Of a stretch of DNA of 64,000 nt, positions 1 to 9,670 are shown piece after piece (position 1 is the stretch's first letter; the number at the start of each line of letters is the position of its first letter). The stretch comes from Candidatus Cryptobacteroides sp. (lineage in GTDB: Bacteria > Bacteroidota > Bacteroidia > Bacteroidales > UBA932): positions 775-64,774 of the forward strand of contig JAZLKT010000057.1 of NCBI GenBank assembly GCA_045597785.1, in the 5' to 3' direction. The notes under the pieces are model-generated. The model had not been told where the DNA came from. It saw only the letters and a program-made list of their open reading frames with translations, and made no database searches. The position numbers and the translations under genes were made by a program.

Positions 1-367
1 CCTTCACCATATCATTAGTGATGTTCAGGAAACAGGTGTTCGCCACACCGATGGATGCGTGAGGACGCGTTTCGGTGGCTTTGGTCCTAACTACAAATTC
101 ACAGATTTCGTTGATGTTGAAATCGAAATTGCGTCCGTAGAAGTTGCCGTTTCTGACAGCGCTGCAAGAGAAAATCGGAATGGAACCATCGTCAACCAAA
201 AGTTCTGAGGGAGCCTCGGTGCTGTAGTCTTCTGCCGTATATTCATACAAATAATCGGCAATCTTGTTCACCTTGTTCGGAGTAACAGAGGGATCATCCT
301 TCTTGCAGGAGCCCAGAAGCCCGATTGTGAGGGCTGTAAGGGAAATGATTGAAAGAATCTTTTTCAT
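1..367 (-). CDS. Lipoprotein with N-terminal-nucleophile (linear amide C-N hydrolase-like) domain, 3' end cut by the window edge
   Basis: Not in ORF track. Hand translation from ATG 367: MKKILSIISLTALTIGLLGSC-KKDD (lipobox), then FSC-SAVRNGNFYGRNFDF, matching the Cys nucleophile + GRNxD motif of Ntn hydrolases. TAATTTTG promoter at 383-390 (minus). Confidence 0.7.
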   Translation of the reverse strand, partial: MKKILSIISLTALTIGLLGSCKKDDPSVTPNKVNKIADYLYEYTAEDYSTEAPSELLVDDGSIPIFSCSAVRNGNFYGRNFDFNINEICEFVVRTKATETRPHASIGVANTCFLNITNDMVK

Positions 368-401
368 TCGTTTATTTATTTGCAAAATTAGCAATTAATT
401 T

Positions 402-430
402 AAAAAAAGAGGTGGCTTTCCGGCCACCCC
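402..430 (-). terminator. Rho-independent terminator after sdhB
   Basis: Minus strand GGGGTGGC-CGGAAA-GCCACCTC followed by T7, about 20 nt after the sdhB stop. Confidence 0.85.
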
Positions 431-450
431 TAAATTGTATTCAGTTAATA

Positions 451-1230
451 TTATTCGCTGAACTTCGCGCTGAGGAACTCGCGGTTGAGTCTTGCGATGT
501 GTGAAACTGAAATTCCCTTAGGACATTCCATTTCACAGGCGCGGGTGTTCGTACAGTTACCGAATCCGAGTTCGTCCATCTTGGCAACCATTGCGCGGGC
601 ACGGCGCTTGGCTTCGGGCCTTCCCTGGGGAAGAAGTGCGAGCGAGCTGACGCGGGCTGCAACGAAGAGCATTGCAGAACCGTTCTTACAGGTGGCTACA
701 CAAGCGCCACATCCAACACAAGCGGCTGCATCCATACTCTCCTCTGCCTTATCGTGAGGAATGAGGATATTGTTTGCATCCTGTGCCGAACCGGTGCGTA
801 CGGAGATGAATCCGCCGGCCTGAAGAATCTTGTCAAATGCCCTGCGGTCAACTACAAGGTCCTTTATAACAGGGAAAGCAGCGCTCCTGAAAGGCTCTAC
901 AGTAATGGTAGCACCATCCTTGAAATGCCTCATGAACAGCTGGCAGGTTGTTACGTGATCGTCGGGACCGTGTGCACGTCCGTCAATAAACAGTGAGCAG
1001 GCGCCGCAGATACCTTCACGGCAGTCGTGATCGAAAGAAACAGGACCGCTGCTCTGGCAGCCACGGTCTACAGCCACGGGGTCACATCCCTCGCGGATAA
1101 GCTGCTCATTGAGAATATCAAGCATTTCGAGGAAAGAAGCATCCTCTTCTATACCAGAAATATGATATGTCTCGAAATGTCCTTTTGCCTTGGCGTTCTT
1201 CTGACGCCATATTTTAAGATTGAATTCCAT
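451..1230 (-). CDS. sdhB: Succinate dehydrogenase/fumarate reductase iron-sulfur subunit
   Basis: [25 protein letters not shown] and [13 protein letters not shown] Fe-S motifs. Confidence 0.96.
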   Translation of the reverse strand: MEFNLKIWRQKNAKAKGHFETYHISGIEEDASFLEMLDILNEQLIREGCDPVAVDRGCQSSGPVSFDHDCREGICGACSLFIDGRAHGPDDHVTTCQLFMRHFKDGATITVEPFRSAAFPVIKDLVVDRRAFDKILQAGGFISVRTGSAQDANNILIPHDKAEESMDAAACVGCGACVATCKNGSAMLFVAARVSSLALLPQGRPEAKRRARAMVAKMDELGFGNCTNTRACEMECPKGISVSHIARLNREFLSAKFSE

Positions 1231-1235
1231 TCTGA

Positions 1236-3182
1236 TTAGTCTTTATAATTTCTGGTCTTAACCTCAATGAATTCATACTTGAGAGGCTCCTTGTGAAGTT
1301 CGGGCTCTTCATTGTCACCCTTATACTCCCAGGCTGCAACATACATATAATTCTTATCATCGCGCTTGGCCTCACCCTCTTCGGTCTGGCTTTCTATACG
1401 GAAGTGACCACCGCAGGACTCATTCCTCTCGAGAGCATCACGAGCCATAAGTTTTCCTATTTCAAAGAAATCCTCGAGGCGCAGAGCTTTTTCGAGTTCC
1501 TGATTGAATTCATACTGCGAGCCGGGAACCTTGACTGACTTGTAGAACTTCTCCTTGAGTTCGTCAATAAGTACAAGAGCCTTCTTCAGACCTTCCTTGT
1601 CGCGGGCCATACCTACATACTCCCACATAATGTGTCCGAGTTCCTTATGGAGTGAATCCACAGTTTCGGTACCATTGATAGCGAAGAGTTTGTCGATACG
1701 TGCCTGTACAGCCTTCTCGGCCTCGGCGAACTCTTTAATATCGGTATTTGTCTTGGGCTCTGCGAACTTCTTCGAGAGATAATCACCGATAGTGATAGGA
1801 ATGATGAAATAACCGTCGGCAAGACCCTGCATAAGGGCTGATGCACCGAGACGGTTTCCACCGTGATCGGAGAAGTTGGCCTCACCGATAGCGTACAGAC
1901 CGGGGATAGTTGTCTGAAGATCGTAATCTACCCAGATACCTCCCATAGTGTAATGGATGGCGGGATAAATCATCATAGGCTCCTCCCAAGGAGAAGAAGC
2001 CGTAATCTTCTCATACATATCGAAGAGGTTACCATAACGCTCTGCAACCCTCTGGTGACCGAGCCTGTTGATAGCTTCGGAGAAGTCGAGGAATACAGCC
2101 TTACCAGTTTCGTTCACACCGAAGCCGGCATCGCAGCGCTCCTTAGCGGCACGTGAAGCCACGTCGCGCGGAACGAGGTTACCGAATGCGGGATAACGGC
2201 GCTCGAGGTAGTAGTCACGGTCTTCTTCGGCAATCTGTGAAGCCTTGATCTGATGTTTGCGAAGTTTTTCCACATCCTCGAGTTTTTTGGGAACCCAGAT
2301 ACGGCCATCGTTACGCAGAGACTCACTCATAAGGGTAAGTTTACACTGCTGGTCGCCGTGAATGGGAATACAGGTAGGATGGATCTGAGCGAAGCAGGGA
2401 TTTGCAAAGTACGCACCCTTCTTGAAGCACTGGATAGCGGCGGAACCGTTGGAGTTCATTGCGTTGGTGGAAAGGAAATAGGTATTTCCATAACCGCCGG
2501 TTGCGATGATAACAGCGTGTGCTCCGAACCTTTCGAGTTCACCTGTAATAAGGTTGCGGGCAATGATTCCTTTCGCTTCACCATTGACAACTACAAGGTC
2601 AAGCATTTCGTGACGAGGATAAGCAGTTACGCTTCCGGCTGCAATTTCCTTATTAAGTGCAGCATAAGCACCAAGAAGCAGCTGCTGTCCGGTTTGCCCC
2701 CTTGCATAGAAAGTGCGGCTGACCTGTACACCACCGAATGAACGGTTGGCAAGATATCCGCCGTATTCGCGTGCGAAAGGAACACCCTGCGCTACACATT
2801 GATCTATGATTGAAGCACTTACCTCGGCAAGACGATAAACATTCGCCTCACGGGCACGATAGTCACCACCCTTGATGGTATCGTAGAACAGACGATAAAC
2901 CGAGTCGTTATCGTTCTGATAATTCTTTGCGGCATTGATACCACCTTGTGCGGCAATGGAGTGCGCACGGCGGGGAGTATCACTGATGCAGAATACCTTG
3001 ACATTGTAACCGAGTTCGCCGAGCGAGGCAGCTGCGGAAGCTCCGCCGAGGCCTGTACCTACAACGATAATCTCAAGTTTACGTTTGTTGTTAGGGCTGA
3101 CAAGATGGATTTCCGACTTACGTTTGGTCCATTTCTCAGCCAAAGGTCCGTCAGGAATTTTAGATGTGAATTTATCTGCCAT
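1236..3182 (-). CDS. sdhA: Fumarate reductase/succinate dehydrogenase flavoprotein subunit
   Basis: [11 protein letters not shown] motif, [32 protein letters not shown]. Confidence 0.97.
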   Translation of the reverse strand: MADKFTSKIPDGPLAEKWTKRKSEIHLVSPNNKRKLEIIVVGTGLGGASAAASLGELGYNVKVFCISDTPRRAHSIAAQGGINAAKNYQNDNDSVYRLFYDTIKGGDYRAREANVYRLAEVSASIIDQCVAQGVPFAREYGGYLANRSFGGVQVSRTFYARGQTGQQLLLGAYAALNKEIAAGSVTAYPRHEMLDLVVVNGEAKGIIARNLITGELERFGAHAVIIATGGYGNTYFLSTNAMNSNGSAAIQCFKKGAYFANPCFAQIHPTCIPIHGDQQCKLTLMSESLRNDGRIWVPKKLEDVEKLRKHQIKASQIAEEDRDYYLERRYPAFGNLVPRDVASRAAKERCDAGFGVNETGKAVFLDFSEAINRLGHQRVAERYGNLFDMYEKITASSPWEEPMMIYPAIHYTMGGIWVDYDLQTTIPGLYAIGEANFSDHGGNRLGASALMQGLADGYFIIPITIGDYLSKKFAEPKTNTDIKEFAEAEKAVQARIDKLFAINGTETVDSLHKELGHIMWEYVGMARDKEGLKKALVLIDELKEKFYKSVKVPGSQYEFNQELEKALRLEDFFEIGKLMARDALERNESCGGHFRIESQTEEGEAKRDDKNYMYVAAWEYKGDNEEPELHKEPLKYEFIEVKTRNYKD

Positions 3183-3208
3183 TACTATATGAATTTGTAT
3201 TGTATTCT

Positions 3209-4231
3209 CTAAAACAGGTTGGGCTCCTCAACTCTCTTTCCCGGTTCAAACCCAAGATGCCTGTATGAAAGGTCGGTGGCGACGCGGCCGCGCTGAGTCC
3301 TGACTATGAATCCTTCCTTTATAAGGAAAGGTTCATAAACTTCCTCGAATGTTCCCTGGTCTTCACCTATTGCCGTAGCTATGGTGTTCGCACCGACCGG
3401 ACCACCGTTGAAAGTGGTTATGATGGTGCGGAGAATCCTGTTATCTATGGAATCGAGACCTCTCGTATCTATCTTGAGTTTATCGAGCGCGAATTTAGCA
3501 ATTTTCAGGTCAATATGTCCATCTCCCACAACTTGTGCAAAATCGCGCACTCTCCTGAGCAGGGCATTTGCTATTCGCGGAGTACCGCGCGAACGCAAGG
3601 CAATCTCTTTTGCAGCCTGGCTCTCAATATCTACTCCCAATATACCGGCACTGCGGGTTATTATCCTCTCAAGATCCTTAGTATCATAATATTCCAAAGC
3701 ACAGGTTATACCGAACCTGGCCCTGAGTGGAGCAGTAAGAAGACCGCTTCGTGTAGTGGCGCCGACAAGGGTGAACGGGTTGAGATTTATTCTCACCGAA
3801 CGCGCTCCAGGCCCTTTGTCTATCATAATATCTATGACATAATCTTCCATTGCCGAATAAAGATATTCTTCGACTTCCGGAGAAAGGCGGTGGATTTCAT
3901 CTATAAAGAGGACATCTCCACTCTCGAGCGATGTGAGAAGTCCGGCAAGATCGCCGGGTTTATCGAGAACCGGACCGGAGGTAATCTTGAGGTTCACACC
4001 CATTTCATTGGTAATGATATGTGCCAGAGTGGTTTTTCCAAGACCCGGAGGACCATGGAAAAGTGTATGGTCAAGTGATTCTCCCCTCAACTTCGCTGCC
4101 TCGATATAGATATGCAGATTGGATACTATCTCCCCTTGGCCGGTGAATTCTTCAAGGCCTTGGGGGCGGATAATTCCGTCCAAATCTTTATCTTTGCAAT
4201 CGTTTGTATTGTGAGGGTCGAAATCTGACAT
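3209..4231 (-). CDS. ruvB: Holliday junction branch migration helicase RuvB
   Basis: GPPGLGKTT Walker [28 protein letters not shown]. Start set at ATG 4231, below a TATATTTG promoter at 4256-4263. Confidence 0.97.
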   Translation of the reverse strand: MSDFDPHNTNDCKDKDLDGIIRPQGLEEFTGQGEIVSNLHIYIEAAKLRGESLDHTLFHGPPGLGKTTLAHIITNEMGVNLKITSGPVLDKPGDLAGLLTSLESGDVLFIDEIHRLSPEVEEYLYSAMEDYVIDIMIDKGPGARSVRINLNPFTLVGATTRSGLLTAPLRARFGITCALEYYDTKDLERIITRSAGILGVDIESQAAKEIALRSRGTPRIANALLRRVRDFAQVVGDGHIDLKIAKFALDKLKIDTRGLDSIDNRILRTIITTFNGGPVGANTIATAIGEDQGTFEEVYEPFLIKEGFIVRTQRGRVATDLSYRHLGFEPGKRVEEPNLF

Positions 4232-4260
4232 CACGCTTTCTATCCAATCCAATTACAAAT

Positions 4261-4470
4261 ATAATTCTTTTATTTATTTTTTTGATGATGTTATTACAGC
4301 TGTGTAAATGTTAATAACTGTAAAATATTATTGAAAATCAAATAAATACAAAGAATATTGACTGTTGATTCCATTGTGTGTTGAATAGGTTTTGAATGGT
4401 GGAAAAAAACACAACCGGTTTTATCCACATTTCAAAGAAGATTTTTCCACTGTTTTTCAACCTATTCTGA
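4261..4470. promoter_or_regulatory. Candidate chromosomal replication origin (oriC)
   Basis: Perfect DnaA box TTATCCACA at 4421-4429. Near-boxes at 4443-4451 and 4454-4462 (plus) and 4398-4406, 4379-4387, 4309-4317, 4301-4309 (minus). AT-rich tract at 4261-4296. Gene orientation diverges here. Confidence 0.6.
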
Positions 4471-4485
4471 ACACGGAAAACATAT

Positions 4486-7400
4486 ATGATGTTCATTTCT
4501 ACTGAGCAGACATCAGTTTTATCAGACAGAATAAAATCCTCAAGGAAAATATTCTGCCGAGGTCTGTTTTTATCCGCCCGCTGGATGGTTTTGAGCAAAT
4601 GCTGCCATCAGGGCCTCAATCTGATAATTCTTCCAAACAGGGAAAGTGCCGAATATTGCTGTGCCGACCTTTACAACCTCATTGATGGTGATGTTGTATT
4701 CTTTCTTCCTGCCTCGGCATTCGGTGTTGAAAAGAGTAATTACAAATCTACTCTTTCAGTACAGCGTACGGCCGCAATCGAAAAGATAATGGACAGCCGC
4801 CCCGGAAAACAACTGTTCATAGTAACCTATCCCGAAGCAATAGAAGAACTACTGCCTACAAAAAGCCAGATAAGTTCATCTACCCTTAAATTGAAAAGAG
4901 AACAGGAAATATCATTTTCTTCTCTAACCGAAAAACTTTCAGGACTCGGTTTCGAAAAGGTTGACTTCGTATCGGCTCCGGGCCAATATGCTATAAGAGG
5001 CTCCCTGGTGGACGTATTCTCCTATTCTTATAACGAAGCATACCGAATTTCTTTCTGGGGAAATGAAATAGAGAAAATCCAGATATTCGACTGTAATACC
5101 CAACTTACCAGAACGGAAATTCCCGAAGTTGAGATACTTTCCGGAATAATGGATAATCAGGGCAGCGAAAGTCTGTTTTCCATAATACCGTCAGACTCCC
5201 TCATATGGCTTGATTCGTCGGATATGTATTCCGAAAAGGAATATATGTCGCAAGCCGGGAACTTCCGTTGTGTATATCTGGATATTCCGGTTTCGAAACA
5301 GAACGACTGCAACCCGGTCGAATTCCACATTTCCCCACAGCCGGTATTCAACAAGAACTTCGAACTCCTCACCGCCGATATCCGCACGATGATAGAAAGC
5401 GGCTACAAGGTTTATATCTTCGGTGAAAAGGACAGCCAGCTCGCAAGAATAAAGACGATTCTCGAGAATGAACACTGTCCTTTGCCTGAATTCGTGCCCG
5501 GAAAGAACCTCCACGCCGGATTCATCGACCGCGATGATCATATATGCTGCTACACCGACCACGAAATATTCGACCGTTTCCACCGCGTAAGCATACGACG
5601 CACGGTCGAAAAGACCGAACAGTTGACTCTTAACGATATAAGTGCCTTTAACGTAGGTGATTACATAGTTCATATCGATCATGGACTAGGTGTATTCGGT
5701 GGCCTTGTCCGCCTGAAAGACGATATGGGACGCGTCAAGGAGGTTGTGAAACTCACCTATAAGGATGGAGACGTGGTGTTCGTATCCGTCCACGCTCTTC
5801 ATAAGATATCGCGTTTCCGCAGTTCGGACGGAGAGCCTCCGCGCATCAATAAACTCGGTTCAAAGACCTGGACTGCCCTCAAGACCGGGGCGAAAAACCG
5901 TGTAAAGGATATAGCCAAGGAACTTATCCAACTGTATGCAAAGCGCAAGGCTTCTCCCGGATATGCATTCTCGCCCGACTCGTATCTTCAGGATGAACTC
6001 GAAAGTTCGTTCATGTATGAAGATACTCCCGATCAGGAGGAGGCGACCCGATCCGTCAAGCACGATATGGAGGATAATTGTCCTATGGACAGGCTCATTT
6101 GCGGCGATGTCGGCTTCGGAAAGACCGAAGTGGCCATTCGTGCGGCATTCAAGGCTGTGGGAGACGGAAAGCAGGTGGCAGTCCTGGTTCCCACAACCAT
6201 ACTGGCTCTCCAGCATTTCAAGACTTTCACGGCACGCCTTACCGACTTCGCTTGCAATATAGATTATGTCAGCCGTCTTCGCACAGCAAAAGAAGTAAGC
6301 GTGATAAAAACCCGTCTTGCGGAAGGAAAAATAGATATTCTCATAGGTACACACAAGATTCTGGGTGCCGGTTTTGAATTCAGGGACCTTGGTCTGCTGA
6401 TAATAGACGAAGAACAGAAATTCGGCGTCTCGGCAAAGGAAAAACTCCGCCAGTTCAAGGTAGGTATCGACACACTTACGCTCACGGCCACACCTATCCC
6501 CCGCACACTGCAGTTCTCGCTTCTCGGAGCGCGCGACCTCAGTATAATAAACACCCCTCCAGCAAACCGCATCCCGGTGCAGACCGAAATCATTCTCTTC
6601 GACGAGAAGGAGATACGCAGCATAATCGATTATGAACTGAAGCGGGGCGGACAGGTATTCTTCCTTCACAACAGGGTTGAGGAACTGCAGAGCATAGCCG
6701 ACATCCTGCAGAGGCTCGTTCCGGATATGAGGATATGCATAGCGCACGGACGTATGGAATCGAAGGAACTCGAAGACAAGATGCTCGACTTTATGGCTGG
6801 CGATTACGACCTGCTCCTCTGCACTACAATAATCGAAAACGGTCTGGATATACCAAATGCCAATACCATAATCATCAATCAGGCACAGAACATAGGCCTG
6901 AGCGACCTGCACCAGCTCCGCGGCCGCGTGGGAAGAAGCAACCGCAAAGCTTTCTGCTACCTGATAGTGCCTCCGCTCACAACCATAACCGAAGATGCGC
7001 GCCGCCGCCTCAAGGCTATCGAGGAGTTCTCCGACCTCGGGAGCGGGTTCAATATTGCGATGCAGGACCTCGATATCCGCGGCGCGGGCAATCTGCTCGG
7101 AGCGGAACAGAGCGGTTTCATCTCCGATATGGGTTACGAAACATACCAGAAGATTCTTTCCGAGGCGATGGAAGAAATAGGTATCGAAGCCCTGGACGAC
7201 AAGGCCCCGAAGTTACACCGCTTCACTACCGACTGTACCGTGGAAACCGACCGTCAGGCCCTTATCCCGGACGAATATCTTGATATAACAGCCGAAAAGA
7301 TACGCATCTACAAGCAACTCGACTCGATGCGCTCCGATAAGGAGATAGACGCCTTCCGCAGTCAGATTGCCGACCGGTTCGGAGCCCTGCCTGAAGAAGT

Positions 7401-7668
7401 TTCCAATCTTTTCGATGTGGTCAAACTCCGTAATCTCGGCAGTCGTCTGTGCTTCGAAAAAGTGATAGTCAAGAACGGAATGTTCATCTGCTTCTTCCCG
7501 GCCAACCAGATGTCCCCTTTCTTCAAGAGCGAACAGTTCGGTCACCTGCTCGACAGAATCAATGCCACTCCTTTCGAACTCAAACAGTCCGAAGGTAAGT
7601 TGAAAATAATAACCAGAGGGGTTGACAGTATGGACAAAGCGCTTTCGCTATTGAAAAAATTGGAGTAA
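4486..7668 (+). CDS. mfd: Transcription-repair coupling factor
   Basis: CarD-like RID (VHIDHGLG), CGDVGFGKTEVA, IIDEEQKFG, TATPIPRTL, QLRGRVGRS, TRCF C-terminus. Confidence 0.97.
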   Translation: MMFISTEQTSVLSDRIKSSRKIFCRGLFLSARWMVLSKCCHQGLNLIILPNRESAEYCCADLYNLIDGDVVFFLPASAFGVEKSNYKSTLSVQRTAAIEKIMDSRPGKQLFIVTYPEAIEELLPTKSQISSSTLKLKREQEISFSSLTEKLSGLGFEKVDFVSAPGQYAIRGSLVDVFSYSYNEAYRISFWGNEIEKIQIFDCNTQLTRTEIPEVEILSGIMDNQGSESLFSIIPSDSLIWLDSSDMYSEKEYMSQAGNFRCVYLDIPVSKQNDCNPVEFHISPQPVFNKNFELLTADIRTMIESGYKVYIFGEKDSQLARIKTILENEHCPLPEFVPGKNLHAGFIDRDDHICCYTDHEIFDRFHRVSIRRTVEKTEQLTLNDISAFNVGDYIVHIDHGLGVFGGLVRLKDDMGRVKEVVKLTYKDGDVVFVSVHALHKISRFRSSDGEPPRINKLGSKTWTALKTGAKNRVKDIAKELIQLYAKRKASPGYAFSPDSYLQDELESSFMYEDTPDQEEATRSVKHDMEDNCPMDRLICGDVGFGKTEVAIRAAFKAVGDGKQVAVLVPTTILALQHFKTFTARLTDFACNIDYVSRLRTAKEVSVIKTRLAEGKIDILIGTHKILGAGFEFRDLGLLIIDEEQKFGVSAKEKLRQFKVGIDTLTLTATPIPRTLQFSLLGARDLSIINTPPANRIPVQTEIILFDEKEIRSIIDYELKRGGQVFFLHNRVEELQSIADILQRLVPDMRICIAHGRMESKELEDKMLDFMAGDYDLLLCTTIIENGLDIPNANTIIINQAQNIGLSDLHQLRGRVGRSNRKAFCYLIVPPLTTITEDARRRLKAIEEFSDLGSGFNIAMQDLDIRGAGNLLGAEQSGFISDMGYETYQKILSEAMEEIGIEALDDKAPKLHRFTTDCTVETDRQALIPDEYLDITAEKIRIYKQLDSMRSDKEIDAFRSQIADRFGALPEEVSNLFDVVKLRNLGSRLCFEKVIVKNGMFICFFPANQMSPFFKSEQFGHLLDRINATPFELKQSEGKLKIITRGVDSMDKALSLLKKLE

Positions 7669-7673
7669 ATTGT

Positions 7674-7681
7674 TAAATTTG
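7674..7681 (+). promoter_or_regulatory. Bacteroidetes -7 promoter element for the coaX operon
   Basis: TAAATTTG matches TAnnTTTG, 8 nt before the coaX ATG. Confidence 0.6.
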
Positions 7682-7689
7682 CGACCCTT

Positions 7690-8412
7690 ATGCCGAATCT
7701 GCTGGTAGAAATAGGAAACACCGCTCTCAAAGCCTCATATGCCGAAGGACTAACCCTCGGCAAGACTTTCCGCTACCAGGGAGAGCGTATGGTTGAATAT
7801 ATCTGCCTGCTCTCCGAAGAAACAAGACCGGAACTTCTCGTGGTATCCTCGGTACGCACCATCAACAGCGATGAACAACATCAACTGGAAGGGTGTTGTT
7901 CGTCTCTGATTCTGCTTGACGGCGGCCATACAGATATACTCCGTGCCTATTCCCTGCCCGAGTATATATCCTATGACAGGGCGGCTGCGCTCATTGCTGC
8001 CAGAAAGATGTTCGCCGGCAAGAAATGCTCGGTATTCGATCTCGGAACAACAATTTCGGTGGACTATCTCTCCCGGGAAGGAGAATTCCTCGGAGGAAAC
8101 GTGTCGCCAGGCTGCCGTACGCGATTCAAGTCGCTCAACCGCTACTCGCGCTCGCTCCCTCTTGTGAACACCCCTGAAAATCCGGCCCCCTGGGGCTCCG
8201 GGATACAGTCGTCCATCGAATCGGGAGTAGTATCGGGCATAGTATTTGAAATCGAAGGCTACATAAGGGCCCTGCCCGACAATGTAGTTGTATTTACCGG
8301 AGGTGACGCCGAATATTTCGCAAAACGGGTAAAATCGCCGATATTTGTAATCAGCAACCTGGTTCTTATGGGCCTCGCCTCAATAGCACAGGATTATGAC
8401 GACAGGAAATAA
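7690..8412 (+). CDS. coaX: Type III pantothenate kinase
   Basis: EIGNTALK, DR, DLGTTISVD, GGNVSPG and TGGDA motifs. Confidence 0.9.
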   Translation: MPNLLVEIGNTALKASYAEGLTLGKTFRYQGERMVEYICLLSEETRPELLVVSSVRTINSDEQHQLEGCCSSLILLDGGHTDILRAYSLPEYISYDRAAALIAARKMFAGKKCSVFDLGTTISVDYLSREGEFLGGNVSPGCRTRFKSLNRYSRSLPLVNTPENPAPWGSGIQSSIESGVVSGIVFEIEGYIRALPDNVVVFTGGDAEYFAKRVKSPIFVISNLVLMGLASIAQDYDDRK

Positions 8413-9655
8413 ACACATATTTCTTGCGTGCGCCCTTGCGGCGCTCGTCTGCCTACCCGTGACACTGCGTGCCGGGGACGGCGGAGCCTACTCGGGTTAT
8501 GCACCGTACTCCATCTATGCGCTTGGCGATCTGTCAATGCCCGGCTCGGCCTACAACCGCACCATGGGTGGAACAGGAATCGCTTCGCGCAACAACAGGT
8601 TCATCAACACCTTGAATCCCGCTGCCGTCACGGCCCGTGACTCGCTTTCCGTGATGACCGACTTCTCTCTCCTGCAGAAGAACGTCCTCTTCCGCGAAGA
8701 TGACAAGATGGCTGTGAACAACACCTGCAATATCTCGTCGCTGGCATTCTCACTGCCTCTTTTCTATCGCACGGCCGCCCTCGTGGGCATAGCGCCTTTT
8801 TCGACGACGGGCTACAAGAGCAGCACTCACGTAAACAGCCCCATCCTTCAGGCTGAACACGGAACCGTAATCGACTCGTATTCGGGCCAGGGAAGCCTAT
8901 ATCAGGTATTCGCCGCATTCGGATACAACCCCTTCGGAGGACTCTCCGTCGGCGTTCAGTACAATATGTATTTCGGAAGCATCTCCAAATCATTTGCGAG
9001 GATTTTCGAATCGGAATCGACGAGAAACATCGACGACAGCGTCGAACTGCCCCTTTCGGGAGGCAATTTCAAATTCGGTCTTCAGTATGAGCAGAAGCTG
9101 GGCAAGAAAGTCAAAACCGTTTTCGGTGCGACCTGGACAACGCCGGGGGTTATCAAGACCGTCGGAGAAAAGGACAGCTATTCGGCTACCGGAGCCAGTT
9201 TTGCTCCCGAACTCGGCATAGGCCTCGGCTTCAATTATATGGACAAGTTCCGCGCACAGCTCGACTACACCCGCGCCGACTGGTCCGTAGCCGGTCTCGG
9301 GGCAATCGACAGCAACGACAAATTCAGCCCCTGCGTCAGCGAGGCCCTGCGTTTCGGAATGGAATACACACCCAACAGAAACGACATCCGCTACTACCGC
9401 AAAAGGGTATCCTATCGTGCCGGAGCATACTGTAAAAACGAGTATTACAGGGTCGAAAGCAACGGAATCGCCGCTTATGGCATCACTTTTGGAGCAACAC
9501 TCCCGGTGTTCCGCTGGTACAACGGTCTTACACTCGGTTGTGACGTGGGCCGCCGCAGCCCCATAGGAGGGGGAGGAATAAACGAAACATTTGTAGGTTT
9601 CTCATTGGGAGTCAATCTTTTTGACATCTGGTTCCAGAAGCCGAGATACGAATAA
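8396..9655 (+). CDS. Outer-membrane beta-barrel protein
   Basis: Signal peptide, PYSIYALG...MGG...NPAA N-terminal motif, alternating aromatic strands, C-terminal DIWFQKPRYE; usual position after coaX in Bacteroidetes. Confidence 0.75.
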   Translation: MTTGNKHIFLACALAALVCLPVTLRAGDGGAYSGYAPYSIYALGDLSMPGSAYNRTMGGTGIASRNNRFINTLNPAAVTARDSLSVMTDFSLLQKNVLFREDDKMAVNNTCNISSLAFSLPLFYRTAALVGIAPFSTTGYKSSTHVNSPILQAEHGTVIDSYSGQGSLYQVFAAFGYNPFGGLSVGVQYNMYFGSISKSFARIFESESTRNIDDSVELPLSGGNFKFGLQYEQKLGKKVKTVFGATWTTPGVIKTVGEKDSYSATGASFAPELGIGLGFNYMDKFRAQLDYTRADWSVAGLGAIDSNDKFSPCVSEALRFGMEYTPNRNDIRYYRKRVSYRAGAYCKNEYYRVESNGIAAYGITFGATLPVFRWYNGLTLGCDVGRRSPIGGGGINETFVGFSLGVNLFDIWFQKPRYE

Positions 9656-9670
9656 AACATACAACGACAT

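Noticed and set aside
4261-4300. Explicit DnaA-trio array beside the leftmost DnaA-like box
   Set aside because: Some 3-nt periodicity (TGATGATGTTATTA) exists, but strand and phase do not match the consensus cleanly; reported only as an AT-rich tract.
4380-4471. Invertible promoter bounded by inverted repeats
   Set aside because: The repeats are imperfect and gapped, no invertase is nearby, and the symmetry is better explained by opposed DnaA-like boxes.
4338-4598. 86-aa minus-strand ORF across the ruvB-mfd gap
   Set aside because: AT-rich, motif-less, and overlaps the mfd start and the DnaA-box cluster; likely spurious.
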